DNA of 64,000 nucleotides from an uncultured Bacilli bacterium (GTDB lineage Bacteria; Bacillota_I; Bacilli_A; RF39; UBA660): NCBI GenBank assembly GCA_963931545.1, contig OZ007025.1, positions 137,145 to 201,144 of the forward strand, read 5' to 3'. Shown piece by piece: positions 9,957 to 19,322 of this stretch (position 1 is its first letter; each line of letters starts with the position of its first letter). The notes under the pieces were generated by a model. It saw only the letters and a program-made list of their open reading frames with translations, ran no database searches and was not told where the DNA came from. The position numbers and the translations under genes were made by a program.

Positions 9957-11306
9957 ATGGATGATACTATTGCAGCTATTTCGACTGCTCAAGGTGTTGG
10001 TGCTATTTCTATTATTAGAGTGAGTGGGGAGGATGCTATTAAAATTGTCAGTAAGATTTTTTCTAATAAGGGTTTTAATGATGCACCTAGTCATACTATT
10101 CATTATGGTTATATAATGGATGGTAATGAAAAGATTGATGAGGTTTTAGTTAGTGTTATGAGAGCACCTAAAACTTTTACTAAAGAAGATGTTGTAGAAA
10201 TAAATGCTCATGGTGGTATTATGACTACTGATAAGATTTTAGAATTATTATTGGTTAATGGATGTAGGTTAGCTGAACCTGGTGAATTTACTAAAAGGGC
10301 TTTTTTGAATGGTAGAATTGATTTAACTGAAGCTGAAGGTATTATGGATTTGATTAATTCTAAAACTGATATTTCTAGAAAAATTGCTTTGAATCAAGTT
10401 GGTGGTAAGGTTTCTTCAATGATAAGTTCTCTTAGAGATGAACTTGCTGGAATAATTGCAAATATTGAAGTTAATATTGATTATCCTGAATATGAAGATA
10501 TAGAAGAAATGACTACTAGTAAAATTAAGTCTAATTTGAGTGATTTGGAAGATAAAATAAATAAAATATTTACTGAAAGTAAAAATGGTGAAGTTTTGAC
10601 TAATGGTATTAAAACGGCTATTGTTGGTAAGCCTAATGTTGGTAAAAGTAGTTTACTTAATAGATTAATTGGTGAGGAAAAAGCTATTGTTACTGATATT
10701 CAAGGGACTACTCGTGATAGTGTGGAAGCTACTTTAAGAATTGATAATTTAATTTTAAATTTAATTGATACAGCTGGTATTAGAGATACTGATGATTTGG
10801 TTGAGAGTATTGGTGTTGATAAGAGTATTCAGTTAATTAATCAAGCTGATTTGATTTTATTTGTTGTTAATTATAATGAAAAATTAACTGAAGAGGATAA
10901 AATTATTTTGAGTAGGTTAAAAGGTAAAAATTATATTACGGTTGTTAATAAATGTGATTTAGATAAAAAAATAGATGATAGTAATTTAGATAATGTTATT
11001 TATGTAAGTGCTTTAAAAGATATTAATATAGATGAAATTGGTAAGAAAATTAAAAATATATTTAATTTGGAAAAAATAGAAACTACTGATTTAACTTATT
11101 TAACTAGTGCGAGAAGTTTATCTATTTTAAGAAAGGTACTTGATAGTGTTAAAGAGGTTAGAAAAGGTATAGAAAATAATTATCCTATTGATATGGTGGA
11201 AATAGATTTAAAAGATATTTGGAACTTGCTTGGTGAGATAATTGGCGAAAGTTATGATGAAGAGTTATTAGATAATTTATTTAGTAGATTTTGTGTTGGA
11301 AAATAG
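9957..11306 (+). CDS. mnmE: tRNA modification GTPase MnmE
   Basis: 449 aa with the G-domain motifs GKPNVGKSS, DTAG and NKCD and the C-terminal CVGK end typical of MnmE/TrmE. Confidence 0.95.
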   Translation: MDDTIAAISTAQGVGAISIIRVSGEDAIKIVSKIFSNKGFNDAPSHTIHYGYIMDGNEKIDEVLVSVMRAPKTFTKEDVVEINAHGGIMTTDKILELLLVNGCRLAEPGEFTKRAFLNGRIDLTEAEGIMDLINSKTDISRKIALNQVGGKVSSMISSLRDELAGIIANIEVNIDYPEYEDIEEMTTSKIKSNLSDLEDKINKIFTESKNGEVLTNGIKTAIVGKPNVGKSSLLNRLIGEEKAIVTDIQGTTRDSVEATLRIDNLILNLIDTAGIRDTDDLVESIGVDKSIQLINQADLILFVVNYNEKLTEEDKIILSRLKGKNYITVVNKCDLDKKIDDSNLDNVIYVSALKDINIDEIGKKIKNIFNLEKIETTDLTYLTSARSLSILRKVLDSVKEVRKGIENNYPIDMVEIDLKDIWNLLGEIIGESYDEELLDNLFSRFCVGK

Positions 11307-11342
11307 TTTGCTTTAAAGTTAAAAATATGATATTATGTATAT

Positions 11343-11453
11343 AGATGAGAGTTTTCTCATATAATAAAAAGGAATATTCAATTCGCGATGTTGAATGTAC
11401 CAATTATTTGTGTACACCTAAATCAAGCGTTTGCTTAAGTTAGGTGCTTTTTT
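11343..11453 (+). ncRNA. Putative small RNA (candidate type I antitoxin) ending at an intrinsic terminator
   Basis: A promoter-like TTGCTT (11308-11313), 17-nt spacer and TATTAT (11331-11336) sits right after the mnmE stop. A transcript from it would run about 110 nt to the hairpin and T-run at 11415-11453. It would overlap the 3' end of the convergent small ORF on the opposite strand. Confidence 0.3.
11415..11453. terminator. Rho-independent terminator shared by convergent transcripts
   Basis: CACCTAA...TTAGGTG forms a stem extendable to about 12 of 14 bp, followed by CTTTTTTC. Confidence 0.6.
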
Positions 11454-11531
11454 CTATTTAAATAATATTATGAATATTAAGATAAATAGAAGGGATATTA
11501 TGGCATAGAGAGCTTTTTCTCTTTGAGTCAT
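11454..11531 (-). CDS. 25-aa hydrophobic peptide (candidate type I toxin)
   Basis: The minus-strand ORF encodes MTQREKALYAIISLLFILIFIILFK. It has a GGAGGTGA ribosome-binding site 6 nt upstream that is partly sequestered in the hairpin CCAATTC-TTTTGTGA-GAATTGG. The ORF ends directly at the terminator. Confidence 0.4.
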   Translation of the reverse strand: MTQREKALYAIISLLFILIFIILFK

Positions 11532-11596
11532 AAACATCACCTCCAATTCTTTTGTGAGAATTGGCACACCCAACTTACTGAATATTCCTTAATATG

Positions 11597-11625
11597 ATTA
11601 TAACAAATGGTTATATATTAATCAA
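11597..11625 (-). promoter_or_regulatory. Consensus promoter driving the small hydrophobic peptide ORF
   Basis: The minus strand reads TTGATT (11625-11620), a 17-nt spacer and TATAAT (11602-11597), about 55 nt upstream of the peptide ATG. Confidence 0.45.
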
Positions 11626-11697
11626 TATAAAAATATTTAGTTTAAATATAAAAATGTTATATTCATGTTTTTAAAGTATGTATTTAGGAGGTTTATT

Positions 11698-11928
11698 ATG
11701 TGGAGTCCAGTTATTGAAGTTTGGGGTAAAAAGGATGTTGATTCATCAGTAAAAGAAACAGATTCTATTGATAATGAGTTTGCTTATTTGGATGCTATTA
11801 TACAAAAAATAGATATAGAAATAAATAATTTACAAGAATTAAAAGATTATCTTATTCATATAAAAGGTTGTTTTAGTAAATCTCAAGAATTAGGAAAAAA
11901 GGTAAAACAACTTAATTTAAGAAAATGA
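11698..11928 (+). CDS. Hypothetical small protein (76 aa)
   Basis: The ORF has a strong AGGAGG ribosome-binding site before ATG 11698 (MWSPVIEVWGKK...). It is predicted coiled-coil with no recognisable family. Confidence 0.45.
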   Translation: MWSPVIEVWGKKDVDSSVKETDSIDNEFAYLDAIIQKIDIEINNLQELKDYLIHIKGCFSKSQELGKKVKQLNLRK

Positions 11929-11964
11929 TTTTAGAAAAATAATAAAATATTAAAGGAGTAATTT

Positions 11965-12795
11965 ATGAATAAAGAAAAATATATATTAACTTTAAAAGAT
12001 AAAATAACTGATGAAAATACTAGAAATATAATTATTAATCAAATAGAAAATTATTATGAGGCTATTAAAAATTTTAAACCTGTTTATTGTGATTATAAAA
12101 TAGGCGATAAAGTTTATTTAACTAAAGGAACTTTATTACATGGTACATATAAAAATATTGATGGTTTAAAGCAAATTATTAAAGAAGGTCTTATCTCTAA
12201 TCTTACTACTATAGGAAGAAATTCTAAATATAATTATACTGTTGGTGTTTGGAAGTTAAAAAAAGATTATTATTTAAGTGATTATATTAATTTTTATAGT
12301 GGTGCGACTATTATGTATTGTTCTTTTAATGATAAAAATATTACGGAAGTCATACCTTATAATAAAATGAATAATTTGTTATCTTTTGTTTCTAATTTTA
12401 ATGGCCATGTGTGGGTTATGGAACAAACCAAAGAAGCTAGGTTTTTGCCTAGTTTAGTTCAAGATAGAGTGCAAATTGGAATAATTTTTAATGGAAATAA
12501 TAAATATATTAAAAAAATGCTTAATTATGATATTTTGTCATTAGATTTTGATGAAAATGATGTTAAAAATTTTATTTCACCTAGTTATTATGATAGATTT
12601 ATAAAAGAAAGAAAAAATAAAAACGATTTTTTTACGGATAGGGAAAGCGCTATTATTTTTGGTATACCTAGTATTTTTATAGAAGGAATACTTGTTGGTA
12701 GAAAATATGAAAATAATGAGATTATTTTAAATGAAATTAAAAGTCTTTTACCAAATGCATATATTTGTAATTTAGATGGTGTTATTATTAAATAA
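11965..12795 (+). CDS. Hypothetical protein (276 aa), weakly ADP-ribosyltransferase (H-Y-E)-like
   Basis: The ORF has an AAGGAG ribosome-binding site. The motif TLLHGTYKNIDGLKQIIKEGLIS resembles the H-G-S...G-I-L..G-L strand-helix of PARP/DarT-type ADP-ribosyltransferases. No other family signal was seen. Confidence 0.4.
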   Translation: MNKEKYILTLKDKITDENTRNIIINQIENYYEAIKNFKPVYCDYKIGDKVYLTKGTLLHGTYKNIDGLKQIIKEGLISNLTTIGRNSKYNYTVGVWKLKKDYYLSDYINFYSGATIMYCSFNDKNITEVIPYNKMNNLLSFVSNFNGHVWVMEQTKEARFLPSLVQDRVQIGIIFNGNNKYIKKMLNYDILSLDFDENDVKNFISPSYYDRFIKERKNKNDFFTDRESAIIFGIPSIFIEGILVGRKYENNEIILNEIKSLLPNAYICNLDGVIIK

Positions 12796-12864
12796 TTATG
12801 TTAGTTTAATTGACTAACTTTTTTTCTTGTTGTAGAATTATCTTTAGTATTTGGTGGTGATTTA

Positions 12865-14715
12865 ATGAATTATGAAGTTATAGTTGTAGGTGGTGGTCAT
12901 GCTGGTTGTGAAGCTGCTTTGGCTACGGCGAGAAAAGGACATAAAACATTACTTGTAACTGGAAATATTAATAATATTGCTGATATGCCTTGTAATCCAT
13001 CTATAGGTGGTAGTGCGAAGGGTATTGTAGTTAGAGAAATAGATGCTTTGGGCGGTGAAATGGGAAATAATGCGGATAAGAGTTTATTACAAATAAAAAT
13101 GCTTAATACTGCTAAAGGTCCTGCGGTTAGGTCTTTAAGAGCACAAGCAGATAAAATTACTTATCCTAAAAATATGATTAATACTTTGAAGAATACTGAT
13201 AATTTAGATATTAAAGAAGCATTGGTTAAAGATGTTATTACACCTGATAATAAAGTTAGTGGTGTTTTACTTGAAAATGGTGAGATTATCAATAGTAAAA
13301 TTGTTATTTTAACTACTGGTACTTATATGAATGCGGATATTATGGTTGGTGATACTAGACATAGAGAAGGACCTCATGGAGAGAAGCCATCTAATTATTT
13401 AAGTGATAATTTAGCTAAAAAAGGTTTTATTATTAAAAGATTAAAAACTGGTACTCCACCTAGAATTGATAAAAGTTCTATTGATTTTTCAAAGGCAAAG
13501 TTAGAAAATGGAGATAATGTTTATCATACTTTTAGTTTTGATAATAAACCTATGTATGATATAGATAAACAAGTTCCTTGTTATTTGATTTATACTAATG
13601 ACGAAACTCATAAAATTATTAGAGATAATTTAAATAAATCTAGTATGTATGGTGGGCTTTCTGATATTAAAGGTGTTGGACCTAGATATTGCCCTTCTAT
13701 TGAGGATAAGATAGTTAGGTTTAGTGATAAAGAAAGACATCAGTTATTTTTAGAACCTGAAAGTTTATATTATGATGATATTTATTTACAGGGGTTTTCT
13801 ACAAGTATGCCTTATGATGTTCAAGAAAAGATGGTGCATTCTTTATCTGGTTTGGAAAATGCGAAGATATTAAAATATGCTTATGCTATTGAATATGATG
13901 CTATTTATCCAACGCAGTTAAAATTTAGTTTAGAGACTAAGTTGATTGAAAATTTATTTACAGCAGGACAGATTAATGGAACTAGTGGATATGAAGAAGC
14001 AGCTTGTCAGGGATTAATGGCGGGTATTAATGCTTCTTTGAAACTAGAAGGGAAGGAGCCTTTTATATTAAGAAGGGATGAAGCTTATATTGGTGTTTTG
14101 ATTGATGATTTAATTACTAAAGGTATAAGAGACCCTTATAGATTACTTACTTCTAGAGCAGAATATAGGTTACTTTTAAGAAGTGATAATGCAGATTTGA
14201 GACTTAGAGATTATGGACATAAATTTGGTCTTATTTTAGATGAAAAGTATAATAGGTTTTTAAATAAGAAAAATGATATTCAAAAAGCTACTTTGGAATT
14301 TAAAGAAAAGAGATTAACGCCTAAAAATAATGATTATTTGATTAGCTTAGGTACTAAAGAGTTAAAAGATGGTGTTTCTTTATATGATTTACTTAGAAGA
14401 CCTGAAATTAAAGTTAATGATTTGGTTAGATTTTTGGATAATGATTATAGTGATGAGGTTTTGGAGCAGGTTTCAATATCAGCTAAATATGAAGGTTATA
14501 TTAATAAATCTTTAATGGAAGCTGAAAAGTTAAAGAAACTTGAAGATAAAAAAATACCTGATAATATTGATTATGATGCTATGCATAATTTAGCTAGTGA
14601 AGCTAAACAAAAGTTAAAAGAAGTTAGACCTAATACTATTGGACAGGCTATGAGAATTAGTGGTGTTAATCCAGCTGATATTTCGATACTGACAATGTAT
14701 ATGAAAAGAGGATAA
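12865..14715 (+). CDS. mnmG: tRNA uridine 5-carboxymethylaminomethyl modification enzyme MnmG (GidA)
   Basis: 616 aa with an N-terminal FAD motif VIVVGGGHAGCEAA and the conserved GidA core. Confidence 0.95.
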   Translation: MNYEVIVVGGGHAGCEAALATARKGHKTLLVTGNINNIADMPCNPSIGGSAKGIVVREIDALGGEMGNNADKSLLQIKMLNTAKGPAVRSLRAQADKITYPKNMINTLKNTDNLDIKEALVKDVITPDNKVSGVLLENGEIINSKIVILTTGTYMNADIMVGDTRHREGPHGEKPSNYLSDNLAKKGFIIKRLKTGTPPRIDKSSIDFSKAKLENGDNVYHTFSFDNKPMYDIDKQVPCYLIYTNDETHKIIRDNLNKSSMYGGLSDIKGVGPRYCPSIEDKIVRFSDKERHQLFLEPESLYYDDIYLQGFSTSMPYDVQEKMVHSLSGLENAKILKYAYAIEYDAIYPTQLKFSLETKLIENLFTAGQINGTSGYEEAACQGLMAGINASLKLEGKEPFILRRDEAYIGVLIDDLITKGIRDPYRLLTSRAEYRLLLRSDNADLRLRDYGHKFGLILDEKYNRFLNKKNDIQKATLEFKEKRLTPKNNDYLISLGTKELKDGVSLYDLLRRPEIKVNDLVRFLDNDYSDEVLEQVSISAKYEGYINKSLMEAEKLKKLEDKKIPDNIDYDAMHNLASEAKQKLKEVRPNTIGQAMRISGVNPADISILTMYMKRG

Positions 14716-14716
14716 T

Positions 14717-15415
14717 ATGAATATAGATGAATTTAAAAATGAAGTAGAAAAATTAGGTATAATTGTTACTGAAGAAGAAATAAATAAATTAGAAAGATAT
14801 TGCGAATTACTTAAAGAATGGAATGAAAAAATCAATTTAACAACAATAACTGATAAAAAACAAGTGTTTTTAAAACATTTTTATGATAGTTTAACTATTG
14901 TTAAAATGATTGATTTGAATAAAGTTGATAGTTTATGTGATTTAGGAACTGGTGCAGGATTTCCTGGAATTGTGCTTAAAATATTTTTTCCTAATTTAAA
15001 TCTTACTTTGGTTGATGCTCTTAATAAAAGAATTAATTTTTTAGAAATTGTTATTAATGAATTATATTTAAAAAATGTTACTTTGATTCATGATAGAGCA
15101 GAAGAATATGGAAAAAATAATAGAGAATGTTTTGATGTGATTACTGCTAGGGCTTTATCTAGTTTTCCTATTTTATTAGAGTATGGAATTCCTCTTTTAA
15201 AAGTTAATGGTCATTTAATTGCAATGCGTGGTTTAAATGATAGTAATGATGGTATTAATGCTTTAAAAACATTAGATTCTAAAATTATTAATGTTTTGGA
15301 GTTTGAATTACCTTTTGAAAAGAGTCAAAGAACTCTTATAGATGTGATTAAGTTAGGCAAAACTTCTATGAAATACCCAAGAAGATATGCAGAGATAAAA
15401 AAGAAATCTTTATAG
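14717..15415 (+). CDS. rsmG: 16S rRNA (guanine527-N7)-methyltransferase RsmG (GidB)
   Basis: 232 aa with the SAM-binding motif LCDLGTGAGFPGI, immediately after mnmG. Confidence 0.9.
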   Translation: MNIDEFKNEVEKLGIIVTEEEINKLERYCELLKEWNEKINLTTITDKKQVFLKHFYDSLTIVKMIDLNKVDSLCDLGTGAGFPGIVLKIFFPNLNLTLVDALNKRINFLEIVINELYLKNVTLIHDRAEEYGKNNRECFDVITARALSSFPILLEYGIPLLKVNGHLIAMRGLNDSNDGINALKTLDSKIINVLEFELPFEKSQRTLIDVIKLGKTSMKYPRRYAEIKKKSL

Positions 15416-15422
15416 AATTGTA

Positions 15423-15460
15423 AAACAATATTTAAGTTTAGGCTAATATTGTTTTTTTGT
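15423..15460 (+). terminator. Intrinsic terminator after rsmG
   Basis: AACAATATT...AATATTGTT forms a 9-bp stem followed by TTTTTTT. Confidence 0.6.
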
Positions 15461-15530
15461 GTAATTTTAGTTGAATTATTTCCCGAAAAATAGTATGATA
15501 AAGTAAAAGAATAGAAGGGAGGGGTAGATT

Positions 15531-17174
15531 ATGTTCGAAAGTGGTCAGCTTACTGTTTTGAATATGAAAGATATTTTACCAAATAGGTTTCAACCACGTA
15601 TTAGATTTGATGAAGAAAAGTTGGAAGAACTAGCTGAATCTATTGGTAAATACGGTGTTATTCAACCAATTGTTGTTAGGCCAGTTAGTAATAAGTTTGA
15701 GATTATTGCTGGTGAGCGAAGATACAAAGCTAGTAAACTTGCGAATAAATCTACTATTCCTGCTATTATTATTAATCTATCTGATAAAGATAGTGAAGAA
15801 ATTGCTCTTTTAGAGAATATCCAAAGGCAAGAATTAAGTCCTATTGAAGAAGCCGTTTCTTATAAACGGATTTTAGACATGGGATATATTACTCAAGAAG
15901 GATTAGCTAAAAAATTAGGAAAATCTCAATCTACAATTGCAAATAAGATTAGACTTTTAAATTTAGATGATGAAGTTCAAAGTTATTTACTTAACAATAA
16001 AATTTCTGAAAGACATGCACGAAGTTTGCTTAGGATTCCTGATAAAGAAGCGCAGATTCATATGCTTCATAGAATTGTTTCAGAAAGATTAACAGTTAAG
16101 CAGACTGATAGAGAAATAGAAAAAATAAAAGAAAAAATGGATGTAGAAAACAAAGAAGTGCAACCTGTGAATATAGAAATATCTAAAAATGAGCAAGTTA
16201 ATAGTGAAAAAGATATTTTGAATAAACCTGATGAAATTGAAAGTCTATTTGATGATGACAATATAATAAAAATTCAGAATGAAAGGGGAAAGAATATGGA
16301 TATAGATAGAATTATGCGTGAGGCTAAGGATATTAATGTACAGGCATCTGAAGCTCCTAAAGATATTTCTGGTTTAATGCATCCTAGTAATGATGTTCAA
16401 AGCAATTCAATTGTTGAAGATGATGTTAATCAATCTAATTTAGAAAATAATAGATTTATTAATGTTACGCCACAACCAGAAAATAAACCTGTTCAGTCTA
16501 GTCCAGTGCAAAGTAGTGGAGTTACTTTTGATAGTATGTTTAATCAACCTGTCAATATTACCCCTGCTTCTAGTAATATAGTGGAAAATTCAGGTGCAAA
16601 TACTTTTGCTTCAAATGTTGCTCCACAGAATAATCAAGTTGTTACACATGCAGAGGTTAGTGGAATTCCTGAAATAGCTGTTTCTAGTGAAGAAGAAGTT
16701 TCAGATGATACTAAAAAAGTTATTTCATCTGCAGTTGCTGATGCACTTAAGAGGTTTAATCAAAAGAAGGTTAAACAAAATGTTTCTTCTCAAAATGTTC
16801 AACCAAATGTTGGTTTAGTGCAATCTGTTCCTGAAGTGTCAGAACCTGTTAATACTTCTATTAGTTCAGAGGTTAATCCTATACCAGTTAATAATGTAAA
16901 TTTAGTACCAGAGTCTAGTATTCCAAGTACTGATATAATTGCTGATGATTCATTAAATAATTATGAGGTTAATTCAGATAGTCAAGCTGAGACAATGGCT
17001 AGTGCAATTACCCAAGATGTTAAACCAGTTAATAATCAAGCTCATTTTGCACAAATAGTTAAATTACTTAGAGAATGTGCAAATCAAATTGAACAAAACG
17101 GATATTATGTAAATGTTGATGAACTTGATTTAGGTAATCAATATAAAGTTACATTTACAATTAATAAGGAATAG
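15531..17174 (+). CDS. ParB/Noc-family CTP-dependent DNA-binding protein with a roughly 340-aa low-complexity C-terminal extension
   Basis: The N-terminal 200 aa carry the ParB box GERRYKAS and the HTH SQSTIANKIRLLNL. The C-terminal part is rich in N, S, Q, V and P and appears disordered, ending in a short structured tail. No parA/soj gene is adjacent. Confidence 0.8.
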   Translation: MFESGQLTVLNMKDILPNRFQPRIRFDEEKLEELAESIGKYGVIQPIVVRPVSNKFEIIAGERRYKASKLANKSTIPAIIINLSDKDSEEIALLENIQRQELSPIEEAVSYKRILDMGYITQEGLAKKLGKSQSTIANKIRLLNLDDEVQSYLLNNKISERHARSLLRIPDKEAQIHMLHRIVSERLTVKQTDREIEKIKEKMDVENKEVQPVNIEISKNEQVNSEKDILNKPDEIESLFDDDNIIKIQNERGKNMDIDRIMREAKDINVQASEAPKDISGLMHPSNDVQSNSIVEDDVNQSNLENNRFINVTPQPENKPVQSSPVQSSGVTFDSMFNQPVNITPASSNIVENSGANTFASNVAPQNNQVVTHAEVSGIPEIAVSSEEEVSDDTKKVISSAVADALKRFNQKKVKQNVSSQNVQPNVGLVQSVPEVSEPVNTSISSEVNPIPVNNVNLVPESSIPSTDIIADDSLNNYEVNSDSQAETMASAITQDVKPVNNQAHFAQIVKLLRECANQIEQNGYYVNVDELDLGNQYKVTFTINKE

Positions 17175-17177
17175 TTT

Positions 17178-18386
17178 ATGTTTAAGAATAAAGTTGATTG
17201 TTTAAATTGTCCAACTAAACCTTGCAATAAAGGATGTCCTTTAAAAAATGATATTCCTACTTTTATTAAATATTATAAGGAAGATAATTTTTTAAAGTCT
17301 TTTAGTGTGCTTAGTGAAACAACGGTTTTACCTTCTATTTGTTCTAGAGTTTGTCCTTTAGAAAAAATGTGTGAGGGAAATTGTGTTAGAAGATTAAAAG
17401 GTAAGGCTGTTCAAATCGGTTATGTAGAATCTGTAATTGGCGATAATGCACTTAAAAAAAATTATCCTTTATTTGATGAGATAAATAAATCTAATAGTAA
17501 AAGTGTAGCTATTGTTGGAGCTGGACCATCTGGGCTTACATGTGCAGCTTTTTTGAAAAAATTAGGTTATGATGTAACAATATATGAAAAGCATGATTAT
17601 TTAGGTGGACTTATTAGTCATGGCATTCCTGATTTTAGATTAGATAGAGATATTTGTGAAAAAACTTTTAAAAAAATTATAGATTTAGGGATTAATGTTA
17701 AGTTTAATTATGAACTTGGTAAGAATATTTCTTTAAAAGAATTAAAAAATAATTATGATGCGGTATATTTAGGGTTTGGAGCAAATAATTCTAAAATACC
17801 TAATATTAAAGGAAAAAATTTAGATAATGTATATGGAGCTAATGATTTTTTAGAAAGTAAGAATCAATTGGATTTAAAAGGAAAATCTATAATTGTTATT
17901 GGTGGCTCTGATACAGCTATGGATATAGCTAGAGTTTCTAAAAGATTTGGTGGAAATGTTTTAGTCATTTATAGAGGTAATTTTAATAAAATGAAGGCTT
18001 TAAAGAGTGAATATTCTTTAGCTAAAAGTGAGAAAATTGAATTTCTTTTTAATACAAATGTTAAGCAAATTATTTCTAGTGGTAATAATTATAAAGCTTA
18101 TTTATTTACTAATGATGGGTATAAGTTTATTTATCCTTGTGATTATGTGTTTTTTGCAATCGGTTCTAAACCTGATTTAAAAGTATGTAGAAAATTAGGT
18201 ATAAAATTAGATATTGATGGATATATTAAGGTAGATAAAAATCAAATGACTTCATTAGCTGGAGTTTTTGCAGGAGGAGACATTATAAGAGAAAAAAATA
18301 CGGTTGCGAATGCGGCCGCTTCTGGTAGGAAAGCAGCTTATAATATTGATGCTTATTTAAAAAAGATTGACAAGAATATTAATTAA
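17178..18386 (+). CDS. FAD/NAD(P)-dependent oxidoreductase, glutamate synthase small-subunit (GltD)-like with an N-terminal Fe-S Cys cluster
   Basis: Cys-rich N-terminus (CLNCPTKPCNKGCP...CSRVCPLEKMCEGNC). Two dinucleotide-binding motifs are present: VAIVGAGPSGL and IIVIGGSDTAMD. Confidence 0.65.
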   Translation: MFKNKVDCLNCPTKPCNKGCPLKNDIPTFIKYYKEDNFLKSFSVLSETTVLPSICSRVCPLEKMCEGNCVRRLKGKAVQIGYVESVIGDNALKKNYPLFDEINKSNSKSVAIVGAGPSGLTCAAFLKKLGYDVTIYEKHDYLGGLISHGIPDFRLDRDICEKTFKKIIDLGINVKFNYELGKNISLKELKNNYDAVYLGFGANNSKIPNIKGKNLDNVYGANDFLESKNQLDLKGKSIIVIGGSDTAMDIARVSKRFGGNVLVIYRGNFNKMKALKSEYSLAKSEKIEFLFNTNVKQIISSGNNYKAYLFTNDGYKFIYPCDYVFFAIGSKPDLKVCRKLGIKLDIDGYIKVDKNQMTSLAGVFAGGDIIREKNTVANAAASGRKAAYNIDAYLKKIDKNIN

Positions 18387-18418
18387 CTATAAAATGATAA
18401 ACATCAGGAGGAATTGTT

Positions 18419-19261
18419 ATGCTTAAATTTACAAAAATGGAAGGTCTTGGCAATGATTATATATATGTAGATGTAATTAGTCAAAAGATTAATAATGTAG
18501 AAAAATTAGCTAAAAAATTTAGCGATAGGCATTTTGGAATTGGTTCTGATGGTTTGATTTTAATTGATAAAAGTGATAAAGCTGATTTTAAAATGAATAT
18601 TTATAATTCTGATGGTTCGCAAGCTGAAATGTGTGGTAATGGAATCAGATGTGTTGGTAAATATGTATATGATAAAAGATTAACTGATAAGACGGTTATT
18701 ACTATTGAAACATTAGCTGGTATAAAAAAATTAGAATTATTTTTAGATAATGATAAGGTTTCTTTAGTTAAAGTAGATATGGGTGAGCCTATTTTAAAAG
18801 CAAATAATATACCTGTTATTAATTATAGTTTGAATAAGTCTTTAGATGGAACGGAGTTTATTAAAACGAATGTTAATGGTTATGATTTAACACTTGTTTC
18901 TATGGGTAATCCTCATGCGGTTTGTTTTTTAGAAACTATAGATTTTGATATAAATGAAGTAGGACCTATTATAGAAAACGACAAGAATTTTCCTAATAGA
19001 ATTAATGTAGAATTTATTAAAATAAAAAATACAAAGGAAATAGATATGCGTGTTTGGGAAAGGGGAGCAGGTGAAACTTTAGCTTGTGGAACTGGGGCAT
19101 GTGCGGCTTTAGTTGCTAGTTATTTAAATGGATATACCGTAAGGAAAGTTATAGTTAATCTACTTGGAGGAAAATTAGAGATTGATTGGGATAAAGATAA
19201 TCATATTTATATGACAGGACCTGCTAGAAAAGTTTTTGAAGGAAAAATTGATTTAAATTAG
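18419..19261 (+). CDS. dapF: Diaminopimelate epimerase
   Basis: 280 aa with GNDY and the catalytic Cys motifs CGNGIRC and CGTGACA. Confidence 0.9.
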   Translation: MLKFTKMEGLGNDYIYVDVISQKINNVEKLAKKFSDRHFGIGSDGLILIDKSDKADFKMNIYNSDGSQAEMCGNGIRCVGKYVYDKRLTDKTVITIETLAGIKKLELFLDNDKVSLVKVDMGEPILKANNIPVINYSLNKSLDGTEFIKTNVNGYDLTLVSMGNPHAVCFLETIDFDINEVGPIIENDKNFPNRINVEFIKIKNTKEIDMRVWERGAGETLACGTGACAALVASYLNGYTVRKVIVNLLGGKLEIDWDKDNHIYMTGPARKVFEGKIDLN

Positions 19262-19300
19262 ACATTTTTTGTGTCTAGTTTTTTATTTTTTTTATTTTTG
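19259..19300 (+). terminator. Intrinsic terminator after dapF
   Basis: TAGACA...TGTCTA stem followed by a long T-rich run. Confidence 0.55.
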
Positions 19301-19322
19301 ATTTTTTCTCCGTGATATAATT

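Noticed and set aside
9548-10103. Short ORFs on alternative frames
   Set aside because: They lie inside or antisense to the HD-domain and mnmE genes and have no RBS.
14614-14835. 73-aa minus-strand ORF
   Set aside because: Antisense across the mnmG/rsmG junction; Ser/Asn/Phe-rich artefact.
16067-16261. 64-aa minus-strand ORF
   Set aside because: Antisense within the ParB-like gene.
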